The notes under the pieces: model-generated
Told to the model about the DNA's origin: nothing
Database searches by the model: none
What the model saw: only the letters and a program-made list of their open reading frames with translations
Assembly: GCA_000165345.1 (NCBI GenBank)
Contig: CM000430.1
Coordinates: 128,001-192,000, forward strand
Length of the DNA: 64,000 nucleotides
Reading direction: 5' to 3'
Shown: piece by piece, positions 37,499-48,783 of the stretch
Layout: each line of letters opens with the position of its first letter
Position numbering within the stretch: the first letter of the stretch is position 1
Translations under genes and position numbers: made by a program

Positions 37499-40400
37499 TT
37501 ATAAAGCTGAGAAATGTCCTAAATGTCTTATAGATGGCCTGCCATGAGGACAGTTCCAAGGCGACTTTAATGTACTCATAGTTTTAACAATACTTTTCAT
37601 CTTTGGAAGATTAAGATCATCTCCAATCATAACAGCACTTCTACAAGCTCTAAAATTAATTATTTAAGTAAAAAAAAAAAGAAGATATACGTATATGAAT
37701 AAACTTACTTGGAAGCAAGTATTGACCAAATCCTTCTTGGTCTTGGAACAATACCTGATGGACACCATAACGTGACATTAGTATTTTCTTGGTCTCCAGT
37801 TGATACTGAAATTGAGTCTTCTTTCTCTTCTTCTTCTTCCTCTTCTTCTACTTCTTCCTCTTCTTCTAATTCTTTGGTTTTCTTCTCCATTAGTTGTTTA
37901 TTTTGTCTACATTCTACACTGATATTAGAGGAAATCTGTCTTGGAAGATCTAAAATTTTTGACTTGGAATCATCAATAATAGATACTCTCACTTTATATT
38001 TATTAATTTGGGAAAGTAAATCCAAGAAATCAATTTGTTTCAATGGAATACCAAGAATTACTGGTAATTGAGTAAGTTGAATTCTAGATCCAATTTCACT
38101 ATTACTATTAAATATAAATCTGAACCCATTTTGCTCAAAGATATCTTTATAACTAATTACTAATTGTTCTTGAGACGGAGTTAAGGATACAGAAAGTGGA
38201 GAAATAAGTTTTTGAGTTTGGATATTACTTAAATCACTATTTAACTTCTCAAATCGAGCCTTTTCATCAGATGCATGTTGATCTATTATAAATATATGTA
38301 ATGATTCCATCATATTTTCCCCATTTTTTTCATTATTCTTATGATTTATGTAATTTTGTTCTTCTTTAATAGAAAGTTTTGTCAAGATAAATCCTTTGTT
38401 AAATTGTCCTATAACTTGTAATTGATTAAAGAGATGCTTCTTAAAGTTAAAACAACGATTACTACTTTGATCATTTTCGGTATCTTTTAACTCAGAAACT
38501 CCACTTTCATTTTTATGAATAATTTTAGTTATATCTTCATTGGGAAGAAACTTCTTTTCATCTCTATTGACTTTTTTTTTATTAAATCTTCCACCAAAAT
38601 GTATACAAACTCCTTTACTATTATTCCATATTCCTTCTTGTTCTGTCTTGTTATACCTCAACTCCATTATTGATTCTACTGGAATACAATTCTTTAGTCG
38701 AATCTTTGTTAAGTTCCTAGGGACTACCTGATTCAAAACAACCTTACCTTTATCCGTGTCCTTTTCCTTGTACTTTTCCTTGTACTTTTCCTTTTCCTCT
38801 TTCTCTTCATTTTCCTTGTTCTTGTCTTTGGTCTTGCTCTTATCCTTGTTTTTGCTCTTATCCTTGTTCTCATCCATATCCACATCCATGCCCTCATCCA
38901 TGTTCTCGTTAAATGAAGGCAAAACAATCTTTCTTATGTTTGAATCCTTTTCTTGATTTGTTAAAAAATCATTTGGATAAAATTCTCTCAAAGATACCTC
39001 ATCTGAACGATGCCTTTTAGTTCCTATAGTCTGATGGGATAATTCTATTGATTCCATTTTTGATTCAGAAAAAGATGTATTGCTAATTTCATCTTTATTC
39101 TCACTCTCATTATTATTTTTCTCATCCTCATTAATTTTCTTTTCTCCAAGTCTTGATGACTCCTCTGAAAAGACCAACTCTGGAGCTTTGCCAGAGTTGG
39201 ATAAATTATCAGTTAAGTGATTATAAGATAAAACAACTTTATCTTTAGGCTTTTGTGAAGAAGAAATCTGAGATTGAGAAATTTCCGTAGTTAAATGATC
39301 TTGAGATGTTGATGGATAATTTAATATACTATTCTGATAACGATTCTCCATAAATTCTTCTCTTTTTATTGGAATATTGTTCTGATAAGAATCTTGAAGA
39401 AATTGTTGTATATTTTCAGCTAATACTGTCTCAACTTTTGCTGGAAGCATAACTATTCTTTTATTTGGAGTAACATTAATATCCAATAAAGATTGGGGAA
39501 GATGAATATTAATCACAAAAGCTGGATAAAGTTTTCTATTATTAAAAGATGATAAAGTTGAATGAATTGAAGAAATTACACGAGAAATTCTTTTTATTGG
39601 ATCAACTGGCCTATTATTAACAGTAAATATTTGGTGATCTGGAGATGGTCTACCTTTATCTAATGATGATATAAAACCAGAAATAATCCATTTTCCACCA
39701 ACCAAAGACTCATCTTGTATTTTTGAATCCATATTTTGTAATTTTGGAACAAAAACTTCTCCCTCCAGTTTAAAGTCTAATGAATTCCCAAGAACAGATT
39801 TACCCCATATATACTGAGCAACTTCTTTTTGACTTGATACTTTTCCTCTTGTCATAATCAACTCTGATTGTATTTGGTTACTTTGATATTTAATTTCACT
39901 TGATTCTCCTATTAACAATCTCTTATGAATCTTCTCTTTCTCAGTATCTGAAAGTGTTCTATTTGAAAGTAAAAATCTGATCATTGGATAACATATAGCA
40001 TATTCTTCTATTAATACTATTAAAGACTTTAGTTGTAATCTTATATTTCTTAAAAATTGTGTTCTTCTTGAAATATATGGAAGAAAAAGACCAATAACTC
40101 TTATTCTTGTTCCTGATTTACTAGAAAAATGATACTTATGAAATTTATCAGAATTCTGATTTTTATTCTCTATTATTAATTCCTCTATCAGACATTTACC
40201 TTTCTCAAAAACAATTTTATTTTCCTTATTGTCATATTTTGTATCAATCTCAACAATCTCTGAACTATTAATTATTGAATTCAAACCTTCTCCTCTAAAT
40301 CCTAAAGTACTTAAATCTTCATGAATGTTATCAAAATTCTCCAATTTGGATGTTACACCTCTCTCACCAATCTTATTCAAGTCTTCTATACCTTTTCCAT

Positions 40401-40572
40401 TATCTAAAACTTCAATTGTTGATGATCCAAAATCTGTTAGAGAAATTAAAATTTCAGTACATCCAGCATCTATTGCATTATCTACTAACTCCTTAATACA
40501 ATCTTGTAATTCTGTTATTACTTGCTGACTACATATTCTATCCTGGTCCTCTTTACTCAATTTCTTTAACAT
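37499..40572 (-). CDS. PMS1: MutL homologue PMS1/PMS2-type mismatch-repair endonuclease, two exons 37755..40572 and 37499..37647, intron 37648..37754 (107 nt)
   Basis: N-terminal GHKL ATPase motifs (IKELVDNAIDAG, DNGKGI, GFRGEGL). C-terminal domain with the DQHASDEKARFE (DQHAxxExxxxE) endonuclease motif. The long ORF ends ...WCPSG, then a GTATTG donor. After the TTAATTTTAGAG acceptor the frame continues ACRSAVMIGDDLN...SPWNCPHGRPSIRHLGHFSAL. These are the conserved ACR, C-P-H-G-R-P and FxxL C-terminal signatures, which lie out of frame beyond the ORF-track stop. Confidence 0.8.
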
Positions 40573-40796
40573 AGTAGAAATATTTGCAACTTTAGTTTGA
40601 ATAATAAAACCTCCATAAATTTAACTATACTATTATAATTAAATAACAATGATTCCAATAATAAATTATTTGAGATCCCCTTGTCCTATTCTCCCTCTTT
40701 TTTTCCTCCTTTATCTCCTATTGTTTATTTTATTCCATCAAATTAATATTTAAAAAAAAAAAATTCCAATAATAATGTATTATTAGGTACGCACAT

Positions 40797-40814
40797 TTTG
40801 GCGCCTAATGTGGG
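40797..40814. promoter_or_regulatory. Bipartite TTTTGGCGCC-N2-ATGTGGG element in the PMS1/PPPDE divergent promoter
   Basis: ttttggcgcctaatgtgggtt lies 225 bp upstream of the PMS1 ATG (minus) and 330 bp upstream of the PPPDE ATG. Confidence 0.55.
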
Positions 40815-41143
40815 TTTCATGTTTTTTTTTTAATATTTATTAGGAAGCCACAAGAGTGAAAGAGCATTTAAAGAAATTAATTATTTAATTAATTAAAAGA
40901 ATACAAGAAGAAAATAACACATTGAGTATTATTATATTGACAAATAGATCTGTATACAAATAACTAAATATATACATATACAAGCTTAAACAACACTCCA
41001 CACAATAGAAAAACAATAAGAGAAATTATCTCGAATAGAGATTTTTTTTTTTTTTCTCCTTCCCATGGATAAATCAGAAATATTAAATAATATCAGTTTT
41101 AGTAAATTAGGCAATTAATTTCAATAATTATTTGGGTAAAACA

Positions 41144-41953
41144 ATGAATGGAGAATTGAATAAAACCCAATATAATACAAATATAAAAACAACAAATACA
41201 GATTATTTTGACCAAATGGAGAATATTTCAGGATCAAATGTAAGAGGACGCTTGACTTACTCTGATTTACATGTCAAGGATAGCTTCTCGCATGCATATA
41301 GTAATAATAATATTACCAGATGTTCATCAAATTATAGAGAAGAAAACTTTGACAGAGATTCTGGTAGCAACATGGTAATTCTTAATGTATATGATTTAGA
41401 TGCAATTAGTGGAAGTATTAATAGATTTACAAGAGTATTCGAATTGGGAGCTTTTCATGCAGGAATTGAAATTTATGGAGTAGAATACTGTTTTGGATCA
41501 ACTAGTGATGGAAGTAGTGGTATCACAGTAAATCTTCCAAGAAGGCATCCAATACATATCTATAGAGAAAGTGTTAAGATGGGTAGAACTAACTATTCTA
41601 GGGGAGAAATTAAGAGAATTATTAACGAAATGAAGCCTTTATGGCTTGGTTCAGATTATAATATATTCAGGAGAAATTGTTTAACTTTTGCTGACGAACT
41701 TTGTATGGTTCTAAATGTTGGACAAATTCCAAATTATGTCAAACTTCTCCCTGAACTTCTTTGTCAAGCTGGAGATGGACTTGACAAAGTCACCAAACAT
41801 ATTTCAACAATTTTTGACCGTATTGCCTCTAATTGTTCTAATCTTGCAATCGTTGAAAGCGAACAAGAAGAAAAAAATGATCAATCAACGACTAATTCCT
41901 CAGGAATGTCGCCCAAAAAATTTCCTTTTGGAATTAAAAATCCCCTTTTATAA
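41144..41953 (+). CDS. PPPDE / DeSI-type (DUF862) cysteine isopeptidase
   Basis: VILNVYDL ... GAFHAGIEIYGVEYCFG ... FRRNCLTFADEL: the His and Cys dyad context of the PPPDE fold. The track start at 41132 is TTG. The first ATG is at 41144. Confidence 0.75.
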   Translation: MNGELNKTQYNTNIKTTNTDYFDQMENISGSNVRGRLTYSDLHVKDSFSHAYSNNNITRCSSNYREENFDRDSGSNMVILNVYDLDAISGSINRFTRVFELGAFHAGIEIYGVEYCFGSTSDGSSGITVNLPRRHPIHIYRESVKMGRTNYSRGEIKRIINEMKPLWLGSDYNIFRRNCLTFADELCMVLNVGQIPNYVKLLPELLCQAGDGLDKVTKHISTIFDRIASNCSNLAIVESEQEEKNDQSTTNSSGMSPKKFPFGIKNPLL

Positions 41954-41987
41954 ATATTCCTTGTTACAAGCGCATTAATTAATGACA

Positions 41988-42003
41988 TTGGCGCCCAATG
42001 TGG
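41988..42003. promoter_or_regulatory. Bipartite TTGGCGCC-N2-ATGTGG element
   Basis: ttggcgcccaatgtgg, about 500 bp upstream of the BAR-like gene. Confidence 0.45.
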
Positions 42004-42325
42004 TAAATAAAGATATGCAATGTTTGCATGTACAATTTTTAATTGAAAAAACGAGAATAAATATAATTTTAAAAGGAGAAAATAAATTAGATAAATTTTA
42101 TAAATTTCAAAAGGTACAAATTCAGGTAATTAAATCATTAGACTAAAGATTCTATTAAATTATGAGCCCTCACTTTTTTTTTCTTTTTTTGAATGAGATA
42201 GTCTGTCATTGAATTCATTTCTCCATTTTTTACGCAAAATCTACTTTTTTTAAAATTTTTAATAAATAATTTATTTTTATATATTTTCTAGAACTATTTG
42301 AGGTAGAAGGGGTACAAAGTTGGAG

Positions 42326-42342
42326 TTCCCGCCAAAAGTTCA
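42326..42342. promoter_or_regulatory. E2F-like site (reverse orientation TGAACTTTTGGCGGGAA)
   Basis: ttcccgccaaaagttca shares the 15-mer CCCGCCAAAAGTTCA with 63331..63347. Confidence 0.5.
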
Positions 42343-42495
42343 GGCTCTAAAGTTTATTAATAAGAGGAGATAGGCAGAAAAAACGATCAAGCTGAATATA
42401 CGGGCTATTATTATTTTTTTTCCTTGTAAAAATAAAAAACAATAAAATTTTAATAAAATTCTATTTACGACTTGTTGACCATTGTATTAAAAAAG

Positions 42496-43638
42496 ATGAT
42501 GAAATTTCTAAGAAAGGTACGTTAATTAGTAAGTATGAATTGGCCACATTTTACACGTAAATTTGGTCATAGGTATAGAATTAAATTTGAGCAAGTAAAT
42601 AACTCTTTTTTCTTTTAGATTTTTTATGTAAAGAAGATTGCTAATGATCCTTTAGAGTCTTTGACAGGAGAGTTGGATAATGTTTTAAAATTTGCAAAAA
42701 AAATGCAAATAGCTGTAGATAAAAGCATTACAAGTGTTACAAATCTATGTTATTCAAGAGAATTAATTCTAAATGGAATTGGAAATTTGTTTCCTCAAGA
42801 AGCTATAGAATATGGAAGCTTAATGAATTCTATGGAATGTATGGGTGGTTTAACAACAGCTAGAGAACATTTTAATGTTGATTGCGATCAGGTAAAAATC
42901 TTGATCCAGGAAATGGTTTTAAGTGTAAATAGTATCCAAAAGCGTCTAGTAAAGAGAAGAATCGCATACTCTGAGAGAATTCACTATGAAAAGAAATTAA
43001 AGAAGCGACAACAAAGAATGAATTCTGGAAAAAGTATTTCCTTAAACGATAACGTCAAATTGGATAGAACCCAAAGAAAATGCGGAGATGCTTTAGATGA
43101 GTTCACTAGAATTGATGATGATGTACAACAAGAACTCCAACAATTTTTAACAAGAAGCCATGAAATATCACTAAACATTATCTCCAAATATAACTACGCA
43201 GTCGGAAGCTTTTTCTCTTTTGTTTATTCTCATTATGATAATATGGTCAATGGAGAAATTCCAACTAATAATCTAATGATACCTGACCAGCCACAAGTAT
43301 CAATCACCAATTCTAATTCCACGCCAAATGCAGATTTAGTGGTTTCTCCAGGTAAGGTTTCTGGAACAGCCATGAACTCAGCGACATCCGTATCCACTTC
43401 TTCTTCAAACCAAGTACAATCAACGCCAAATCTCCGTCAAACTGGAAATACATCAATGGGTACCATTAACTCTCAAAAAATGGATAGCTCAGAAACATTA
43501 ACTAGACCAGCATCCACATCTACACTTAAAAAATCAGACTCAGGGTGCTTCTCTGGAGTGGAGTTTGCTTCAAGGAGAAATACAAAGAGTATGCATCAAA
43601 ATAGCTCCTCTATGGAAATTAACTTAAATAAAGCCTAA
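42496..43638 (+). CDS. BAR-domain-like (amphiphysin/Rvs-like) protein with Ser/Thr-rich C-terminus, proposed exons 42496..42516 and 42619..43638
   Basis: The track ORF begins with TTG at 42661 and is open back to a TCTTTTAG acceptor at 42618. An upstream ATGATGAAATTTCTAAGAAAG is followed by a GTACGT donor at 42517 and joins in frame. The central KRRIAYSERIHYEKKLKK resembles the BAR D-Y-D-x-x-R-x-x-YE-x-L-x-x-KK signature. Confidence 0.45.
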
Positions 43639-43748
43639 ATGATTTTTTTTAAAAAATTTTTAATTTGCACATGTATATATTTAAAATACTAGTGCTCAAG
43701 AGGTGAGAAAGAACGCGCGGGAAAATTCGGGAGAGGCAGAAAGCGATA

Positions 43749-44972
43749 TTAGCTATTCTCCAATTGTCTCATCTGTTCACATTTAAGTGAAAGTAACTCT
43801 CTAATTTGGTCAATTACCGACTTTTTAAGCCAACCTGATTCCCTTGTACATGATTCCAAAGGAACAGCCTCTTTTAATATTTTTTTAATGTGATTATCTT
43901 CTATGTTGGAAAGCTGATATAGTTGGGACCCCCTTTTTGGAGGTACTTTGAACTGCCAGTCTAAGATGGTTTCTCCCAAATCTTCTTCAACTTTAACATT
44001 GATCCCGATCCTTTTTTCTTTCAGAACTTTTCTAAGATATGGGTCCCTAAAATCCAAAGTTTGGTATATCCTCGACTCTGGATCTTTTCTTGGATCGTAA
44101 CCTAATCTACAAAGACATGCTCTCCATGGCCCGTCACTAATATTATAGCAGACCTGTGTAAACAATAATTTTCTCTTCCAAGTTGAGATTTCTGGAGAGA
44201 TTTTAGATTCTATCACTGGCCTTAGCCACAATGGCTGCTCCTCAAATAATTCTTTTAATGTGCCTAGTGCTTGTTTGTCCAGATTTATACTAGAAGATAT
44301 TTTTAACGGCATGCTTGGAACTATGCTGTCTGAATATTTAAATACTACATTCCAATACTGTTGACCCTCGCTTTTCATTTGTTCTTCCTGTTCTTCTGTT
44401 ATATCCATCATTTCTACTTCGTTTCCTCCAGATTCTACCCGAACATCCAATGCTGAGGGAGTCCCTGCTGTGTCTCCTGCTATACTAGATGCAATATTAT
44501 TGATATTTGTTGATTTATCAAAATTGTCATTAGTACTTATCCACTTGATATTTACAGGATGAGTCACTTTCGAAAATACCGCTGGAGGGATAAATGGTGT
44601 TCCAACAATTTCTTCATTAATCTCCTCGTGAATTGTCTTCTTATCTCTAAATCCTGGTGGAGGAATAAAATAAAAGTCAGCCATTTGGATAAATTGGTGG
44701 ACAAGAGAAACATCACCTATTACTCTCCACTCTATCCTCCCATTTGCATACTTCAACTTTCGTAGAAGGACTCCTGTTCTTTTCATGAAATCTGAGTAAA
44801 TAGGACGGTTATACGGATCTTCTCTACAAAACAATAGTTTCATTGGTGCTTTTGAGTTTATTGATTCCTCAATACCTTCCATACCTCCTAAAGCAAATAT
44901 TGCATTGTCCAAGTTCTCCACTCTACCAGGAATCTCAACACATACTATTGACTTTATTGGTATTTCAATCAT
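43749..44972 (-). CDS. Transcription factor IIIC subunit 5 (tau95 / GTF3C5 / Sfc1 family)
   Basis: The N-terminus IVCVEIPGRVENLDNAIFALGGMEGIEE...LLFCREDPYNRPI aligns with the human GTF3C5 MVCVEYPGVVRDV...LGGEEGVSRIY...YFRPKDPYCHPV triple-barrel region. Confidence 0.65.
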   Translation of the reverse strand: MIEIPIKSIVCVEIPGRVENLDNAIFALGGMEGIEESINSKAPMKLLFCREDPYNRPIYSDFMKRTGVLLRKLKYANGRIEWRVIGDVSLVHQFIQMADFYFIPPPGFRDKKTIHEEINEEIVGTPFIPPAVFSKVTHPVNIKWISTNDNFDKSTNINNIASSIAGDTAGTPSALDVRVESGGNEVEMMDITEEQEEQMKSEGQQYWNVVFKYSDSIVPSMPLKISSSINLDKQALGTLKELFEEQPLWLRPVIESKISPEISTWKRKLLFTQVCYNISDGPWRACLCRLGYDPRKDPESRIYQTLDFRDPYLRKVLKEKRIGINVKVEEDLGETILDWQFKVPPKRGSQLYQLSNIEDNHIKKILKEAVPLESCTRESGWLKKSVIDQIRELLSLKCEQMRQLENS

Positions 44973-45021
44973 TTACCTTTCCCTTTTTCATATCATTGTT
45001 TATGCTATATTAGACTCTGAA

Positions 45022-45033
45022 TTGGCGGGAAAC
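45022..45033. promoter_or_regulatory. E2F-like TTGGCGGGAAAC site 50 bp upstream of TFIIIC-tau95 ATG
   Basis: Direct read. Confidence 0.5.
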
Positions 45034-45700
45034 CCAAATTGCCTTTGCTTTATCCCCACATTTCGTGGCAATTAAACGTATTTGTTTTCAAAATGTTGCA
45101 TGCGCATGCAGGAATAGCTTTTGAAATATTAAAGCGTATAGAGTTTACTATAATCTAGAAATATGATCAAATAAGAGATAATCTAGCGGATGATCATGAT
45201 AATTAGAGATAATATAGTAATAGATATACTGTATAAAAAAGGTCTAACACCTGATACAAAATTAAAGTTGGAATTGTTGGAATACACACACACAAACATA
45301 AATATTTTCCTTAGTGATAGTTAGGAGGAATCAAGCTAGGCTATTTGGTTTGATAATGCAAATAAACTTCATCTAACAGAAATGGGAATAGGTGAATATT
45401 CTCATGAATGTAATTACATAAAATTTCACAAATATAGCTTCAGATATTTGATATCACGGGATTTTTTTTCGAAATCTTTGAAGGAATTAAATTAATAGAA
45501 TACACTTAAAATATTTTAATTTAAAATTTATTTAAAAATAAAACAATTTCTTAACAAAATAGGCGCCAAAGTCCCCACCTTACGTCTGTAATTTAGATCT
45601 GAGTGTATGTAAATATTACGAGGAAAATTTTGTAAAGACTGGAAGGAAAGAAAAAAAAAAAAAAGAAAAACAGGAATATTAATATTAAGAATAAATAAAA

Positions 45701-45970
45701 ATGAGTGAGAAGAAAGCAGTAATAAAAAATGCAGATATGTCCGATGAAATGCAACAAGATGCTATTTCATGTGCAGCTGCAGCTATTGAACGACACAATG
45801 TGGAAAAAGATATAGCAGCATATATAAAGAAGGAGTTTGACAGAAAGTATAATCCAACATGGCACTGCGTTGTTGGTCGTAATTTCGGATCTTATGTGAC
45901 ACACGAAACAAGACATTTTATTTACTTTTATATGGGTCAAATTGCTGTGCTATTATTTAAATCAGGATAA
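45701..45970 (+). CDS. DYNLL: Dynein light chain LC8
   Basis: 89 aa. [47 protein letters not shown] is near-identical to LC8 across eukaryotes. Confidence 0.92.
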   Translation: MSEKKAVIKNADMSDEMQQDAISCAAAAIERHNVEKDIAAYIKKEFDRKYNPTWHCVVGRNFGSYVTHETRHFIYFYMGQIAVLLFKSG

Positions 45971-46174
45971 GCAATGTCAAGTATATGGAAAAAAAGAGAA
46001 ATAGGGGGGAAATGCTGCTTTTAGCAGAATCTATATTGAAAAAGAGTCTAATGGAAGGATGGTGAGCTTTGAGCAGAGAAACTTATAGAAATAATATTTT
46101 GATCAAAGTTCATGTTACAAATTTTTGTGATTTAGAAAACAGCTTGAAAAACAAGTATGTTTATAATAAAATAG

Positions 46175-47443
46175 CTATTCTAAGGGTTTGACTCCATGAA
46201 CAGAGTGGAATATGATGGAAGACCTCTGAACTGGAATGGAGTTAGACCCATCATTGGCCTGGTCTCTAGTTTCGGAGCTGAGTCTGCAGGACTGGTCGAA
46301 AGTATCACAGCACGAGGAAATTAAATAAGGAAGAGTTGGATGAAATTTCAAGGATGATATACTTTCGTTGCATACTCTGATAAGATTTTTATCAGAGTCA
46401 ACTAACTGGAAGTTTGAGTTCCTCCAAAGTCGTTTCTTTGCACTTGTATCCCAAAGAAAAACACTTGCATCGCTTCCTCCTGTAGCTAAAACATTTGCAA
46501 ATTGAGGATGAAAACACACACTATTGACGGGGTAGATAGTTTCAGTCATCATAGAGTTATCTTTGGTTCTGTGGCACTTAAATGCATAATTATCTTTAGG
46601 ACTTTCTTTACTATTGACCTCTCCTTTTAAAGCCTTTTCTACACTTGTGATTTGCACTCTTCCTTCTATAGAGCTTGTGGCAAACACATCTTTGTGTTTG
46701 TTTGCACAGATATTGCGTAGTTGATATTTCATGAAATTGGGGACAACTTCAGTTGGGGTTGTCGCCTCTATGCCAGATGAGAGTTTTTTCAGATTAATTA
46801 AGTTCATATTTTTTAAAGAATCTCCCACCAAGAGCCATTCTTCATTGTATGAATAATCCATACAAAATACCTTACCAGGAAGGGAGATTTTGGATATTTG
46901 AGAGCCAAAACTGCCTTCATTAACACAGGTTAATAGAACTTCTCCATTCCAATCCCCACTAGCCAGTATTGAACTATTTTCCAATAAAGAAAGACATCTT
47001 ACGGGAGCCAAGTGTCCTACTAACTTTCTCGGACTATAGAGAGAATCTTGCAAATTAATAACATCTACAGCTTCGTTAAACCCTCCAAAAAATATGGTTG
47101 AATCATTCTTAAATTTGCATGCAAGATAAATATACTCGCACTGAAGACTTTGTAAACACTTTCCCGTAGATATATACTTTGTATTTTGTACTGAGGTTGA
47201 AGTATTTTGCAATTCATCAGAGCGTTCTATTGACTCGTTGGAAGGGTTATACTTAAAATTATCATTTAAGCTCGCCCCATAAGGTATCTGAGGGTCGTAA
47301 AATTTCACACTCTTGTTCCAACAAGTCAGTGCCAAAAGGCAACCCTCGTTCTGACCAAGTATTTCTTGCCTATTGTAGCTTTTTATAACATCTATTGAAC
47401 CGATTGGTTCCTCAGGACATTCTGAAAGAAAATAGCTCTGCAT
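46175..47443 (-). CDS. WD40 protein of the Bub3/Rae1 family (likely mitotic checkpoint Bub3-like)
   Basis: YAFKCHR ... IYPVNSVCFHPQFANVLATGGSDASVFLWDTSAKKRLW is the hallmark C-terminal block of Bub3/Rae1. Several WD repeats lie upstream. Confidence 0.65.
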   Translation of the reverse strand: MQSYFLSECPEEPIGSIDVIKSYNRQEILGQNEGCLLALTCWNKSVKFYDPQIPYGASLNDNFKYNPSNESIERSDELQNTSTSVQNTKYISTGKCLQSLQCEYIYLACKFKNDSTIFFGGFNEAVDVINLQDSLYSPRKLVGHLAPVRCLSLLENSSILASGDWNGEVLLTCVNEGSFGSQISKISLPGKVFCMDYSYNEEWLLVGDSLKNMNLINLKKLSSGIEATTPTEVVPNFMKYQLRNICANKHKDVFATSSIEGRVQITSVEKALKGEVNSKESPKDNYAFKCHRTKDNSMMTETIYPVNSVCFHPQFANVLATGGSDASVFLWDTSAKKRLWRNSNFQLVDSDKNLIRVCNESISSLKFHPTLPYLISSCCDTFDQSCRLSSETRDQANDGSNSIPVQRSSIIFHSVHGVKPLE

Positions 47444-47528
47444 CGCCAGAGTTTTGTATTGTCTTTACCTTTTGTCCTCTTAATTCCACCTTTTTACTAG
47501 CAATTCTATTGACTAAAGAAAACAAGTG

Positions 47529-47565
47529 TTGGCGCCTTATGGCGGCACACTGGGTTTGTGGGACC
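47529..47565. promoter_or_regulatory. E2F-like cluster TTGGCGCCttATGGCGGcacacTGGGTTTGTGGGac in the Bub3-like/alpha-SNAP divergent promoter
   Basis: Direct read. 90-130 bp from each ATG. Confidence 0.55.
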
Positions 47566-47671
47566 CGTGCACTTGTTAGGGTAGTAAGGTAGAGAATAAA
47601 GGAGAAGGTTGAAAAAGAGATAATTGAAGATTTTGTATTGTATTACGAGCTTTAACTGTTGATGATTTGAT

Positions 47672-48682
47672 ATGGAAGAAGCTCAGGAATTATTTAGAAA
47701 GGCGGAGAAGGCAGGGAAAGGCTCCACAGGATTCTTTTCTTCATTATTATCAGGGGGCCCAGACTACGATGAAGCAATACAGTTATATTCTGAAGCAGGA
47801 AATAAGTTCAAGATTTTAAAGGCATGGATGGATGGTTGTGAATGCTTTAGTAGGGCAGCAGAGCTTTCTCTGAAACAGAATGATCTGGTCACTGCTTCTA
47901 ATTATTACACAGAGTGCGGAAATATAATGAAGAGGTCTGATTTGCAAAAGGCTATCCCATACTTTTTGAAAGCAGTAGAACTTTACAACAAGAATGGGAG
48001 GTTTAGCCAGAGTGGAAAGCTCTATAAGAATATCGCAGAGTCGCTTGAAAGTGATTTTCAATATGTAGAGTGTTGTGAATTCTATAAGAAGGCTGCTGAC
48101 ATGTTTGATATGGATGAATACAGCAAGACAGCTTATTCATCTTGCATTCTAAAGTATGCAGATAACTTTTCCCTTTCTATTAATGATGAATATTCTAACC
48201 ATTCGATTTCCAATACTGAGAAAACAGCTCTAGGAAATAACAGCCTTTTAGAGGCTGTTGAGATATATGAGAAAGAGGCAAAAAAAGCTCTAAGTAACTC
48301 CTTGATTAAGTATAATGCAAAGGAGTATTTGTTCAAGGCTTTTTTGATTATTCTTTCTTTGGAAGATAATGTGGACGCTCAAATTAAATGGGAAAAGTAC
48401 TCATCAATCGACCAGAGTTTTTGTACATCTCCTCAAGGAAAGCTTTGTCGCTCTATTCTGGATATAATGGAAAGAAGGCAAAACTCAGTTGGTGAAGAGA
48501 ATGACGATTTAGATAAGAATAGATTTGTTGAGGAGTTTACGAGTCTGATTGAAGAATATAATAACATATATCCAGTAGACGATTGGAAGGTCCATTTCCT
48601 TTCCATTATTAAAAAGAACTTATCAAGAATAGCTATGAATCTCATAGAAAAGGCAGAAAATAATGAATTTGACTTAACTTAG
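47672..48682 (+). CDS. Alpha/gamma-soluble NSF attachment protein (SNAP)
   Basis: The N-terminus GFFSSLLSGGPDYDEAIQLYSEAGNKFKILKAWMDGCECFSRAAEL and the TPR-like repeats parallel alpha-SNAP (SFFSGLFGG...[20 protein letters not shown]...). Confidence 0.75.
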   Translation: MEEAQELFRKAEKAGKGSTGFFSSLLSGGPDYDEAIQLYSEAGNKFKILKAWMDGCECFSRAAELSLKQNDLVTASNYYTECGNIMKRSDLQKAIPYFLKAVELYNKNGRFSQSGKLYKNIAESLESDFQYVECCEFYKKAADMFDMDEYSKTAYSSCILKYADNFSLSINDEYSNHSISNTEKTALGNNSLLEAVEIYEKEAKKALSNSLIKYNAKEYLFKAFLIILSLEDNVDAQIKWEKYSSIDQSFCTSPQGKLCRSILDIMERRQNSVGEENDDLDKNRFVEEFTSLIEEYNNIYPVDDWKVHFLSIIKKNLSRIAMNLIEKAENNEFDLT

Positions 48683-48783
48683 CTTAAATTATATTTCCCC
48701 TAAATCTAAATTAAACTTTGATTCTACATTAAGAAAAAGGTATAACTCAGTCTCTAAACTCAGTTTAACGGTACTTTTTGCCA

